Origin: Nanobdellota archaeon
GTDB taxonomy: Archaea; Nanobdellota; Nanobdellia; Pacearchaeales; GW2011-AR1
Assembly: GCA_038044205.1 (NCBI GenBank)
Contig: JBBTAN010000017.1
Coordinates: 104,452 to 168,451 of the forward strand
Direction of reading: 5' to 3'
Length of the DNA stretch: 64,000 nt
Shown: positions 50,487-59,799 of the stretch, piece after piece
Position numbering within the stretch: position 1 is the stretch's first letter
Layout: the number at the start of each line of letters is the position of its first letter
Made by a program: the position numbers and the translations under genes
Notes under the pieces: generated by a model
What the model was told of the DNA's origin: nothing
Database searches by the model: none
The model's input: the letters and a program-made list of their open reading frames with translations, nothing else

Positions 50487-53400
50487 TTGGCAACGGTTAA
50501 AATTGTAAATCCAGATGGTAGTGGAGATTATACTACATTAGCCCTCTGGGAAGACTGGGCTGATGGTCAGGGCACGACTGATCAATGGGCAGAATGTGAG
50601 ATAGACTCAGTTGACAATACAAGTCTTGGTCGCGTTGCTGTGGCTGGGTGGTCCGCCACATCAGTAGGGGCCTACCCGCGCATATATACTTCGCTCGCGC
50701 ATAGACACAACGGTCAGAGTGGCAGTGCTGGTGCGTGGATATTAGGATCCGCCAGCACGACATGTATAGCCATAACTGTAAATTATGTCAGGGTCGAGGG
50801 AATCAGATGCGTCATCACTGGCCTGTCCGGCAAGGGCGTCACCGTTGCCAATATGGGTTCATGCTTTATTGATAGCGTACTCGTTGACTACACAGGAACC
50901 ACTCCAACCTCAAGCACTTTTGCGGTATTTTGCGACTCTAACACCACGTCCAATTACACTGTGCAAAACTGTCTGTATTACGGAAGCGGGATATCTCAGG
51001 GGCAAGCGATCTTTATTCGCGCGCTGAGTGGGTCGAACGTCACCGCCAGCATCTATAACAACTCTGGAGTTGGTTGGGAATACGGGTTCTACTTTAACGA
51101 GGTAGCCGGTGGAACGCTGGCAGTCACGTCCACCAATAACATTGCGACGGCGGCTACCACACAGTGCTACATAACTGCTGGAGACCTCGTAATCACGCAG
51201 ACCTACTGTATCTCCAGCGACACGTCAGCCGACAATTGGTTTGGAGCAGGTAATCAAATTAGTGTAGCTGGAAATACTATATTTACAAATGCTACTACTA
51301 ATTTTAATTTAGTATCTGGCTGTGTCGCTGTTGACGCTGGTGCAACGATTGCTTCTTTTGATTGGGATGCCGTACATTTAGACGCAGATAATTGGCGTCC
51401 ACAAGGCGCTTCGTGGGATATAGGTGCGCTTGAGTTACAGGATAATAATTCAAGTAGTTCTAGTTCATCATCTTCATCAGAATCCCCGTCTTCTCAAAGT
51501 TCTCAATCTTCTCAAAGTTCTAGTTCATCATCTTCATCGTTTAAAGATCAAAGTTCGTCAAGTAGTTCTTCGAGTGAATCTGATGAACCATCATCAAGCA
51601 GTTCGTCTTCTGAAAGTGAATCAAGTATAAGTTCTCAATCATCGTCTTCTACATCATTAGGTGAATCTAGTTCATCCTCATTTAGTTCTAGTAGTTCTTT
51701 AGGATTTAGTTCATCAAGTTCCAGTTCGTCAGAATTAATAAATTCGAGTAGTTCATTGTCTAGTTCCAGTTCTTTATCTAGTTCTTTATCTGAAAGTTCG
51801 AGTAGTTCATTATCTAGTTCAAGTTTATCATCTGAATCTTCATCTAGTTCAACATCTTTAGGAGAATCTTCATCTAGTTCCTCTTCGTCAGAGTTAGTTA
51901 AATCTTCGAGTTCAGAGTCTAGCTCTTCTAGTTTATCTAGCTCATCATCTGAATCTAGTTCATCATCAGAATCAAGTAGTAGTGAAAGTTCAAATTCTTC
52001 TTCATCTGAATTGATAAATTCGAGCAGTTCACTTTCAAGTTCAAGTTCTTTGTCTAGTTCATCATCTGAAAGTTCAAGTAGTTCTTTGTCAAGTTCAAGT
52101 TCTTCATCAGAATTAATAAATTCATCTAGTTCTTTATCTAGTTTATCAAGTTTAAGCTCTAGTTCGTCATCCGAATCAAGTTCTTCTAGCGAATCTAGTT
52201 CAAGTTCATTAGGATTTAGTTCTTCTTCATCGGAATCATCAAGTAGTTCTTCATCTATCTCTTCCTTGTCTAGTGAATCTAGTTCTAGTTCAACTTCGTT
52301 AGGTGAGTCTTCATCTAGCTCAAGTTCAGAATCTTCTCCTAGTTCATCATCAACCTCGCTTGGGGAGTCTTCATCAAGTTCGTCCAGTTCTACATCATTA
52401 GGTGAGTCATCATCTAGTTCAACCTCTCTTGGTGAATCTTCATCTAGTTTTTCATCATTATCATCATCTAGTTCTTTATCATCTGAAATAGCAAAATCTT
52501 CAAGTTCGGAATCAAGTTCAAGTTCATCATTATCAAGTGAATTAATAAAATCAAGTAGTTCTTTGTCAAGTTTAAGTTCTTTATCAAGTTCATCTTCAGA
52601 AAGTTCTTTAAGTTCGGAATCGAGTTCAAGTTCATCATTATCAAGTGAATTAATAAATTCAAGTAGTTCATTATCTAGTTCATCAAGTGAATCTAGTTCT
52701 AGCTCAACATCGTTAGGTGAGTCAAGTTCATCTTCTACATCATTAGGGGAATCGAGTTCTAGTTCTTCTTCATCAGAATTGATAAACTCTAGTAGTTCTT
52801 TATCAAGTAGTAGCTCATCAAGTGAATCATCGTCCAGTTCAACTTCATTAGGAGAGTCTAGTTCATCTTCTTCCAGTGAATCTTCATCTAGTTCTTCTTC
52901 ATTGGGGTCTAGTTCTAGTTCAGGTTCTAGTTTATCATCTGAAAGTTCAAGTAGTTCTTTGTCAAGTTCAAGTTCATCATCTGAATTAGTAAATTCTTCT
53001 AGTTCTTTATCTAGTTCTTCTAGTGAGTCTTCATCTAGTTCTACTTCGTTAGGGGAGACTTCATCTAGTTCCAGTTCAGAATCTTCTTCTAGTTCATCCT
53101 CAACCTCGCTTGGTGAATCATCGTCAAGTTCGTCTTCATCAACATCATTAGGAGAATCGTCATCAAGCTCATCTAGTGAATCTTCTTCTAGTTCAAATTC
53201 ATCGGAATTAATAAATTCATCAAGTTCAGAATCTAGTTCTAGTTCTTCATTAAGTTCTTTATCCAGTTCAAGTTCTAGTTCTAAATTAATAAATTCGAGT
53301 AGTTCTTTTTCAAGTGAATCTAGTTCTTCTTCATTAGGATTTAGTTCAAGTTCGTCATCTAGTTCGTTGTCAGAATCTAGTTTATCCAGTGAATCATCTT

Positions 53401-54326
53401 CGAGTTCTACATCGTTAGGAGAATCTTCATCAAGTTCTTCTTCTTTATCTTCTGAAAGTTCAAGTAGTTCTTTATCCAGTTCTAGTTCATCTGAATTAGT
53501 AAATTCAAGTAGTTCTTTATCTAGTTCTAGTTCTTTATCTAGTTTATCATCCGAAAGTTCTTTATCTAGTTCGAGTTCTTCCAGTGAGTCAAGTTCTAGT
53601 TCAACATCTTTAGGAGAGTCTTCATCTAGTTCAGAATCTTCTTCCAGTTCATCCTCAACCTCGCTTGGAGAGTCTTCGTCAAGTTCCAGTTCTTCTTCGT
53701 CAACATCATTAGGTGAATCTTCATCCAGTTCATTATCTTCTGAATTAATAAATTCATCTAGCTCGGAATCAAGTGATAGTTCAGAATCCAGTTCATCATC
53801 TGAAAGTTCAAGTAGTTCGCTGTCCAGTTCTTCTTCATCATCAGAATTAATAAATTCATCTAGTTCAGAATCAAGTTCTTCTAGTTCAACATCGTTAGGT
53901 GAATCAAGTTCAAGCTCATCTAGCGAGTCATCTTCTAGTTCTACTTCGTTAGGTGAATCTTCATCTAGTTCTACATCATTAGAAGAATCAAGTTCTAGTT
54001 CTGAATCTTCATCTAGCTCAACCTCATTAGGGGAATCTAGTTCTAGTTCTTCGTCATCTGAATTGATTAATTCAAGTAGTTCTTTATCTAGTTCTAGTTC
54101 TTCCTCAAGTTCAATATCTGGAAGTTCTGGAAGTCCCTCCTCAAGTTCTAGTTCCTCGTCAGAATTAATAAATTCATCAAGTTCTTTATCTAGTTTATCA
54201 AGTTTAAGTTCTTTATCATCTGAATCTAGTTCATCATCAAGCTCTAGTTCACTATCCGGATATGAATCGAGTTCTTCTAGTTCATCTTCATTTTTTGAAT
54301 ATATATTTATGGTAGTTAATTGTTAA
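50487..54326 (+). CDS. giant beta-helix (pectate-lyase-fold-like) head plus ~960-aa serine-rich repeat protein (TTG start)
   Basis: N-terminal ~315 aa paralogous to 55376 gene, ends ...DADNWRPQGASWDIGALE; then STSLGESSSSS / SELINSSSSLSS repeats. Confidence 0.75.
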   Translation: MATVKIVNPDGSGDYTTLALWEDWADGQGTTDQWAECEIDSVDNTSLGRVAVAGWSATSVGAYPRIYTSLAHRHNGQSGSAGAWILGSASTTCIAITVNYVRVEGIRCVITGLSGKGVTVANMGSCFIDSVLVDYTGTTPTSSTFAVFCDSNTTSNYTVQNCLYYGSGISQGQAIFIRALSGSNVTASIYNNSGVGWEYGFYFNEVAGGTLAVTSTNNIATAATTQCYITAGDLVITQTYCISSDTSADNWFGAGNQISVAGNTIFTNATTNFNLVSGCVAVDAGATIASFDWDAVHLDADNWRPQGASWDIGALELQDNNSSSSSSSSSSESPSSQSSQSSQSSSSSSSSFKDQSSSSSSSSESDEPSSSSSSSESESSISSQSSSSTSLGESSSSSFSSSSSLGFSSSSSSSSELINSSSSLSSSSSLSSSLSESSSSSLSSSSLSSESSSSSTSLGESSSSSSSSELVKSSSSESSSSSLSSSSSESSSSSESSSSESSNSSSSELINSSSSLSSSSSLSSSSSESSSSSLSSSSSSSELINSSSSLSSLSSLSSSSSSESSSSSESSSSSLGFSSSSSESSSSSSSISSLSSESSSSSTSLGESSSSSSSESSPSSSSTSLGESSSSSSSSTSLGESSSSSTSLGESSSSFSSLSSSSSLSSEIAKSSSSESSSSSSLSSELIKSSSSLSSLSSLSSSSSESSLSSESSSSSSLSSELINSSSSLSSSSSESSSSSTSLGESSSSSTSLGESSSSSSSSELINSSSSLSSSSSSSESSSSSTSLGESSSSSSSESSSSSSSLGSSSSSGSSLSSESSSSSLSSSSSSSELVNSSSSLSSSSSESSSSSTSLGETSSSSSSESSSSSSSTSLGESSSSSSSSTSLGESSSSSSSESSSSSNSSELINSSSSESSSSSSLSSLSSSSSSSKLINSSSSFSSESSSSSLGFSSSSSSSSLSESSLSSESSSSSTSLGESSSSSSSLSSESSSSSLSSSSSSELVNSSSSLSSSSSLSSLSSESSLSSSSSSSESSSSSTSLGESSSSSESSSSSSSTSLGESSSSSSSSSSTSLGESSSSSLSSELINSSSSESSDSSESSSSSESSSSSLSSSSSSSELINSSSSESSSSSSTSLGESSSSSSSESSSSSTSLGESSSSSTSLEESSSSSESSSSSTSLGESSSSSSSSELINSSSSLSSSSSSSSSISGSSGSPSSSSSSSSELINSSSSLSSLSSLSSLSSESSSSSSSSSLSGYESSSSSSSSFFEYIFMVVNC
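51438..54290 (+). repeat. coding serine-rich low-complexity repeat region
   Basis: degenerate TC(A/T)/AGT-rich repeats; antisense frames give E/L/D-rich artefact ORFs. Confidence 0.85.
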
Positions 54327-54390
54327 AAAAGGATTTTACTAAATTAAAAAATAATATAAATATAATAATTTATACGCTAGGAGAATTTAG

Positions 54391-55341
54391 GTGATAGTAA
54401 TTAATATGTATAAAGAAGCTGTAGATATATCAGATTCAACAGTAGGACTTAGTTTACCTCCAATTCAGCCAGGAGAAAAGGTAACTGTTCCTGATGTTTT
54501 TGAAGCATCTTCTAGTTTTATTAGTGCCTATAATAATAAATATATAAAAATAATAGGTATTCCACATCCGATTGGTCTTTTTCTTACTAGTCAGAGATTT
54601 GATGTTGAGAGTTCCGCAGTAGTAAATAACGCTAAATATGTATTAAAAGCGGGAGTGTCAGGTGGTCAAACTGCTTATGGAGGAACAGGAGCAGGAGATA
54701 CTCTTTCTTTATCTGGTTCAAATGTTGATTCGGGTGGAGTTATTTTAGATAAAGCTACTGTAAGTGAATTAGTTGGAACTGGAGACCGACCTGTTATTGT
54801 TGATTCAACTGGTAAATTAAAAACATCAGGTATAACAAGAACTATCGTATTAAGTGGTGCGGGTGGTTGGCCATCCACAACTAATGGATGTTCAGTAAAT
54901 ACAAAAGTTAATTTTCCTAGTAATGGAGTTGATGCTTATACTCTTGATTTCAGTTCAGCTATTGTTGAATATGCCCAATGGACATTAGCTATGCCCGCTA
55001 CTTGGGATGGAGGAACTGTATCCGCTAAATTTTATTGGGTTGCTAATGATACTACTACAAATTCTGTTGTTTGGGGTTTACAAGGTAGATCTTATTCAAA
55101 TGGAGAATTGATAGATCAAACATGGGGGACGGCGAAAGAAATAATAGATGCTAATGATTCTATAGCTTATCAGTTGAGAATATCAGATGTTACAGACGTT
55201 ATTACTTTAGCGGGGACTCCTGCTGGTGGAGAACTAGTCCAATTTAGAGCATACCGTAACGCAATAGATATCGCAGATACTCTTGCTGTAGATGCCAGAT
55301 TGATTCTGATAATGTTAACTTATACTGATGTTGGACCATAA
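54391..55341 (+). CDS. fibre/receptor-binding-like protein sharing the MIVxN N-domain (GTG start)
   Basis: N-terminal 60 aa ~70% identical by eye to 49192 gene. Confidence 0.7.
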   Translation: MIVINMYKEAVDISDSTVGLSLPPIQPGEKVTVPDVFEASSSFISAYNNKYIKIIGIPHPIGLFLTSQRFDVESSAVVNNAKYVLKAGVSGGQTAYGGTGAGDTLSLSGSNVDSGGVILDKATVSELVGTGDRPVIVDSTGKLKTSGITRTIVLSGAGGWPSTTNGCSVNTKVNFPSNGVDAYTLDFSSAIVEYAQWTLAMPATWDGGTVSAKFYWVANDTTTNSVVWGLQGRSYSNGELIDQTWGTAKEIIDANDSIAYQLRISDVTDVITLAGTPAGGELVQFRAYRNAIDIADTLAVDARLILIMLTYTDVGP

Positions 55342-55349
55342 TTTATTTT

Positions 55350-55373
55350 TTGATGATTCTGCTAGGACATAAT
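55350..55373 (+). repeat. third copy of the 24-nt leader repeat (1 mismatch)
   Basis: TTGATGATTCTGCTAGGACATAAT followed by identical CTTTGGCAACG. Confidence 0.85.
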
Positions 55374-55375
55374 CT

Positions 55376-58063
55376 TTGGCAACGACAAAAACTATAAAAT
55401 CAGCAGATGGTGATTATACTACGTTAGCCCTTTGGGAGGATTGGGCTGATGGGCAGGCAACTGCCGACCAGTGGGCCGAATGTTATTCAGGCTTCAATAT
55501 GGGAGTGGTAGTTTTTGCGGGGTGGACTACGACTCCTACTTCAGGCGCATATCCAAAGATATACACTCCCATTGCTCAACGCCACAATGGGAAAGATGAC
55601 TCTTCAGGTGACGGAGCATATCTAACTGTTGGTGCCACTGACATTGGCATTGACATTCAGATTCCCTATGTTCGGGTCGAAGGCATCCGCGTCAACATGC
55701 GGAATAGCGCCGCTTGTGTGGGCATCTACCCTCGTTCAGGCGGCAATAACGTCATCCTCGATAGTAACTTGATTTCTTGCAAGGTCGCCAATTCTACTGC
55801 GGCGATATTTCCAACCCCTAATGCTACCTGTGACACGATTATACGAAACAACCTCATCTATGGTGGAGGGACTTGCGATTACGGCATCTACGTTTATGTA
55901 ACTTCAAATATCACCGCTACCGTGTATCTGCAGAACAACACTATTCAAAGTTGTGAAGCTAGAGGAATTGTTGTAACTACAAACAACAACGTTGGGGAGG
56001 TTATCAACTGCACTTCCACTAACAATATCTCTACCTCTGCTGCGCTTCAGGATTACTATGCGGAAGGGGTCTCCGCAACCCTTACCAATACTTATTGTCT
56101 TTCGAGCGACGCTACCGCTGGTACTGACGGGGTTGATGGAAACCTTACAGGCAGGGCCGCGTCCGATCAGTTCGTCAATACCACAAATGATTTTACGTTG
56201 AAGAGCACGGCTGACGCTCTTAATGCTGGTACTACCATAGCCGCTTTTGACTGGGACGCTCTACATCTTGACGCGGACAACTGGCGTCCTCAGGGTGCGG
56301 CTTGGGATATGGGAGCGATTGAGTCTGCGGTTGTAGAATCCAGTTCATCCTCAAGTTCGTCTTTGTCATCTTCTTCCAGTTCGCCCAGTTCGTCTTCGTC
56401 ATCTTCTTCTTTTAAAGATCAAAGTTCATCCAGTTCCAGTTCCTCTGAATTAATAAATTCAAGTAGTTCAGAATCAAGTGAAAGTTCAGAATCTTCGTCA
56501 AGTTCAACATCGTTAGGTGAGTCATCATCCAGTTCTTCATCTCTGTCGTCATCTAGTTCTAGTTCATCTGAAATAGTGAAATCTTCAAGTTCTGAATCTA
56601 GTTCTAGTTCTTCATTGTCATCTGAATTAATAAATTCATCTTCTTCTTTATCTAGTTCTAGTTCTAGTTCTAGTTCTAGTTCTAGTTCTAGTTCGGAGTT
56701 GATAAATTCAAGTAGTTCACTATCAAGTTCTTCTAGTGAGTCGTCATCAAGTTCTTCTTCTTTAGGTGAGTCATCTTCTAGCTCTACGTCATTGGGAGAG
56801 TCTAGTTCGTCTTCATTGTCTAGTTCATCTAGCAATAATTGTTTTACTATTGAAACTATGAAGGCATTATGGCATTTTGATACTAGCGATACTGGTGTGA
56901 CTCCAGATATAAGTGGAAACGGTTATGATCTTACTTTAAATGGAGATGCGTCTATAATAAGTGGTGGAAAATTTAATAGTTGTCTTATTTTAGATGGAGA
57001 TGGTGATTATGCTGTTTCAGATGTAGATATTACTGATTTTGATTTTAGTTCAGGGAGTTTTACTGCCGCTTGTTGGGTGAAAACTACAGCTACTCCAGCT
57101 ACTACAATGATTATTATGTCTTATCACAATGGGGGGGCATATTCTCTTTCTAATATAGCATGGTGGGTTGGTATTCCATCAGGGCAAAAGCTCCAACTTG
57201 TTGCTACGTTTAATGGTTCCACTTGGGGTGTTCTCTTATCCACGGCTGGCAGTACTGGTATTTGTGATGGGAATTGGCATCATGTCGCTTTGGTTAGAAA
57301 TGGAAATGCTTGGAATTTATACCTTGACGGGACATCAGTATTAAGTACTACGGCAAGTGGGTCATTGTATGAACCTGCTAATAGAATGATGAATTTTGGA
57401 AGGGGAATGAACGATAGTGGGCAATGGAGTTATTATAATGGAAGGATTGATGAAGCTATAATAGCAAAATATGCTGTTTGGACAGGTAATTTTTCAAGGC
57501 CGGAATCTCCTTATTGCGATCCTGTTACATTATCTTCTAGTTCAAGTAGTCAATCATCTAGTTCTTCATCTTCATCTATTTCTAGTGAATTAATAAATTC
57601 ATCTTCTTCTTTATCTAGTTCTAGTTCTAGTGAGTCATCATCCAGTTCAACCTCTCTTGGTGAATCTTCATCTGGTTCTAGTTCATCATCATCATCTGAA
57701 TTAATAAATTCAAGTAGTTCTTTGTCAAGTTTAAGTTCTTTATCTAGTTTATCATCAGAAAGTTCTTTAAGTTCTGAATCTAGTTCTAGTTCTTCATTAT
57801 CATCCGAATTGATTAATTCAAGTAGCTCTTTATCTAGTTCCTCTAGTTCATCATCTGAATCAGATGAACCTTCTTCAAGTTCATTTTCTAGTTCTTCTTC
57901 ATTGTCATCTTTATCTTCTCCTAGTTCTTTATCTTCTAGTTCGTTATCGTCTAATTCTTCTTCCAGTTCTCTGTCGTCAAATTCTTCTTCTAGTTCATCC
58001 TCATCGGAATTAGCGCATATTCCAAGAAATCCATTTTTCTCAAGTCCTTTAATGATTGTATAA
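55376..58063 (+). CDS. beta-helix head + Ser-rich repeats + LamG/concanavalin-like domain + Ser-rich repeats (TTG start)
   Basis: paralog of 50487 head; LamG-like segment ~56828-57535 (NWHHVALVRNGNAWNLYLDG...GRIDEAII). Confidence 0.75.
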   Translation: MATTKTIKSADGDYTTLALWEDWADGQATADQWAECYSGFNMGVVVFAGWTTTPTSGAYPKIYTPIAQRHNGKDDSSGDGAYLTVGATDIGIDIQIPYVRVEGIRVNMRNSAACVGIYPRSGGNNVILDSNLISCKVANSTAAIFPTPNATCDTIIRNNLIYGGGTCDYGIYVYVTSNITATVYLQNNTIQSCEARGIVVTTNNNVGEVINCTSTNNISTSAALQDYYAEGVSATLTNTYCLSSDATAGTDGVDGNLTGRAASDQFVNTTNDFTLKSTADALNAGTTIAAFDWDALHLDADNWRPQGAAWDMGAIESAVVESSSSSSSSLSSSSSSPSSSSSSSSFKDQSSSSSSSSELINSSSSESSESSESSSSSTSLGESSSSSSSLSSSSSSSSEIVKSSSSESSSSSSLSSELINSSSSLSSSSSSSSSSSSSSSELINSSSSLSSSSSESSSSSSSLGESSSSSTSLGESSSSSLSSSSSNNCFTIETMKALWHFDTSDTGVTPDISGNGYDLTLNGDASIISGGKFNSCLILDGDGDYAVSDVDITDFDFSSGSFTAACWVKTTATPATTMIIMSYHNGGAYSLSNIAWWVGIPSGQKLQLVATFNGSTWGVLLSTAGSTGICDGNWHHVALVRNGNAWNLYLDGTSVLSTTASGSLYEPANRMMNFGRGMNDSGQWSYYNGRIDEAIIAKYAVWTGNFSRPESPYCDPVTLSSSSSSQSSSSSSSSISSELINSSSSLSSSSSSESSSSSTSLGESSSGSSSSSSSELINSSSSLSSLSSLSSLSSESSLSSESSSSSSLSSELINSSSSLSSSSSSSSESDEPSSSSFSSSSSLSSLSSPSSLSSSSLSSNSSSSSLSSNSSSSSSSSELAHIPRNPFFSSPLMIV

Positions 58064-58117
58064 TTTCTAACAAAAAACAAAAGAAATATAATATAATCTC
58101 CATATAAGGAGATCTCA

Positions 58118-59254
58118 ATGGAATTCCCTAAAAAATTTAGATTTCATTTATTATCTCTTGCTCATATTCCAACCACAAAAGAATATTCTGCTTGTGCTTA
58201 TTCTCAAAAAATAATAAAATTATCAACTATGTTAATGAAATTAGGTCATGATGTTTATTTTTATGGTAATGAAGATTCAGAATTACCATGCACTGAATTA
58301 GTTCCTGTTCTAACTAAAAAAGAAAGAGATGATTGTTATGGTCCTTATGATTGGAAAAAAGAATTTTTTAAGTTTAGTAATACAGATTCAGTTTGGACAA
58401 CATTTAATAATAGATCAATAGTTGAAATAAATAAAAGAAAAGAAAAATTTGATTTTCTTTTATGTACAATGGGGCATTGGCATAGGCCAGTAGCAGATGC
58501 TGTTAAAGATATTACTGTAGTAGAACCTGGTATAGGATATAGTGGAGTTTTTAGTAGTTTTAGAGTATTTGAGAGCTATGCTTGGATGCACTATATTTAT
58601 GGTCAATTAAAACAAGAAACAGGTAATTTTTATGATTGTGTAATTCCTAATTTTTATGATCCTATGGATTTTCCTTATAGTGAGAAAAAAGAAGATTATT
58701 TTGTTTATATGGGTAGGTTAATATATAATAAAGGAGTAGATATTGCAGTTCAGACAACTAAAAAGATAGGGGCTAAACTTATAGTTGCTGGTCAGGGATC
58801 TTTAACTGATGGTGGATTGAATATAAAAGATAGTCATGTTGAGCATGTTGGTTGTTTAGGGATGAAAGAAAAAGGTGAGTTATTAAGTAAAGCTAAAGGG
58901 CTGTTTGTTCCAACTTATTATATAGAACCTTTTGGTGGAGTATCAATTGAAAGTTTTTTTGCTGGAACTCCTGTAATATCAACAGATTGGGGGTGTTTTT
59001 CAGAAAATAATATTCATGGTAAAACTGGATATAGATGTAGAACATTAGGTGAATTTATTTGGGCAGCAAAAAATATAGAAAATATAAAATCATACGATTG
59101 TAGACACTGGGCTGTAAATAATTTTTCTATGGATAGAATAGCGCAACAATATCAACATTATTTCGAAAATATAAGAGATCTTGATATAAATTTAGGTGCT
59201 GGATTTTACTCTGATAGAGTAGGAAATATGAATCATCTAACCAAATATTTTTAA
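58118..59254 (+). CDS. GT4-family (group 1) glycosyltransferase
   Basis: EPFGGVSIESFFAGTPVISTDWG motif; 378 aa. Confidence 0.7.
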   Translation: MEFPKKFRFHLLSLAHIPTTKEYSACAYSQKIIKLSTMLMKLGHDVYFYGNEDSELPCTELVPVLTKKERDDCYGPYDWKKEFFKFSNTDSVWTTFNNRSIVEINKRKEKFDFLLCTMGHWHRPVADAVKDITVVEPGIGYSGVFSSFRVFESYAWMHYIYGQLKQETGNFYDCVIPNFYDPMDFPYSEKKEDYFVYMGRLIYNKGVDIAVQTTKKIGAKLIVAGQGSLTDGGLNIKDSHVEHVGCLGMKEKGELLSKAKGLFVPTYYIEPFGGVSIESFFAGTPVISTDWGCFSENNIHGKTGYRCRTLGEFIWAAKNIENIKSYDCRHWAVNNFSMDRIAQQYQHYFENIRDLDINLGAGFYSDRVGNMNHLTKYF

Positions 59255-59776
59255 TATATCAGTTAATTTAATTCCAAGAGCGACTAATGCTATTAAAAAA
59301 GAACCGAGCAGAGCATACCAATAATATTTATTACCTGTCTTTTTAACGAAAGCACAAGCTTCTTTGAGTTCTTCATCCTTACCTGGGCATACTTTAATAA
59401 TAATTGTCTCAACTATTGGTTCAAGTATTGGTCTTAACCTTTCAGAAGTAAGAAAGTCTTTTAATTCTTTTATTACCAAATCAGTATAATTTCCTTTTTC
59501 TTCTATTTTTTCTGATATGTTCGATAACATTTCTTTCATATTAGATAATTTTTCTTTTATTTCACCTAATTGTTCCGAACTATCATCTCTAATTTCCTCT
59601 ACTTTGTCTACTTCTCTTTTTATATCTTCTATTTTATTTCTAAGAGTCTCAAGTAAAGCACAAACATCTTTGTGATTACCTTGGATGCCACTTATTCTGT
59701 CTAATGCTTGGGCAGTAGCAACAGACAGTTCTTGTATTGTAGTTACTAATTTTTCAAGTAGAGTATTATCTGCCAT
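59237..59776 (-). CDS. coiled-coil protein with C-terminal TM anchor
   Basis: 179 aa, AAAGGAAA SD. Confidence 0.55.
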   Translation of the reverse strand: MADNTLLEKLVTTIQELSVATAQALDRISGIQGNHKDVCALLETLRNKIEDIKREVDKVEEIRDDSSEQLGEIKEKLSNMKEMLSNISEKIEEKGNYTDLVIKELKDFLTSERLRPILEPIVETIIIKVCPGKDEELKEACAFVKKTGNKYYWYALLGSFLIALVALGIKLTDILKIFG

Positions 59777-59799
59777 AAAAATATTTCCTTTCTATATAA

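Noticed and set aside
51424-58080. ORF-track entries antisense or out of frame in the serine-rich DNA (51424..51630, 52468..52671, 56419..56835, 57550..58080)
   Set aside because: These are E/L/D/N-rich mirror translations of the TCN/AGY repeats. They have no SD and lie fully nested in the long sense ORFs.
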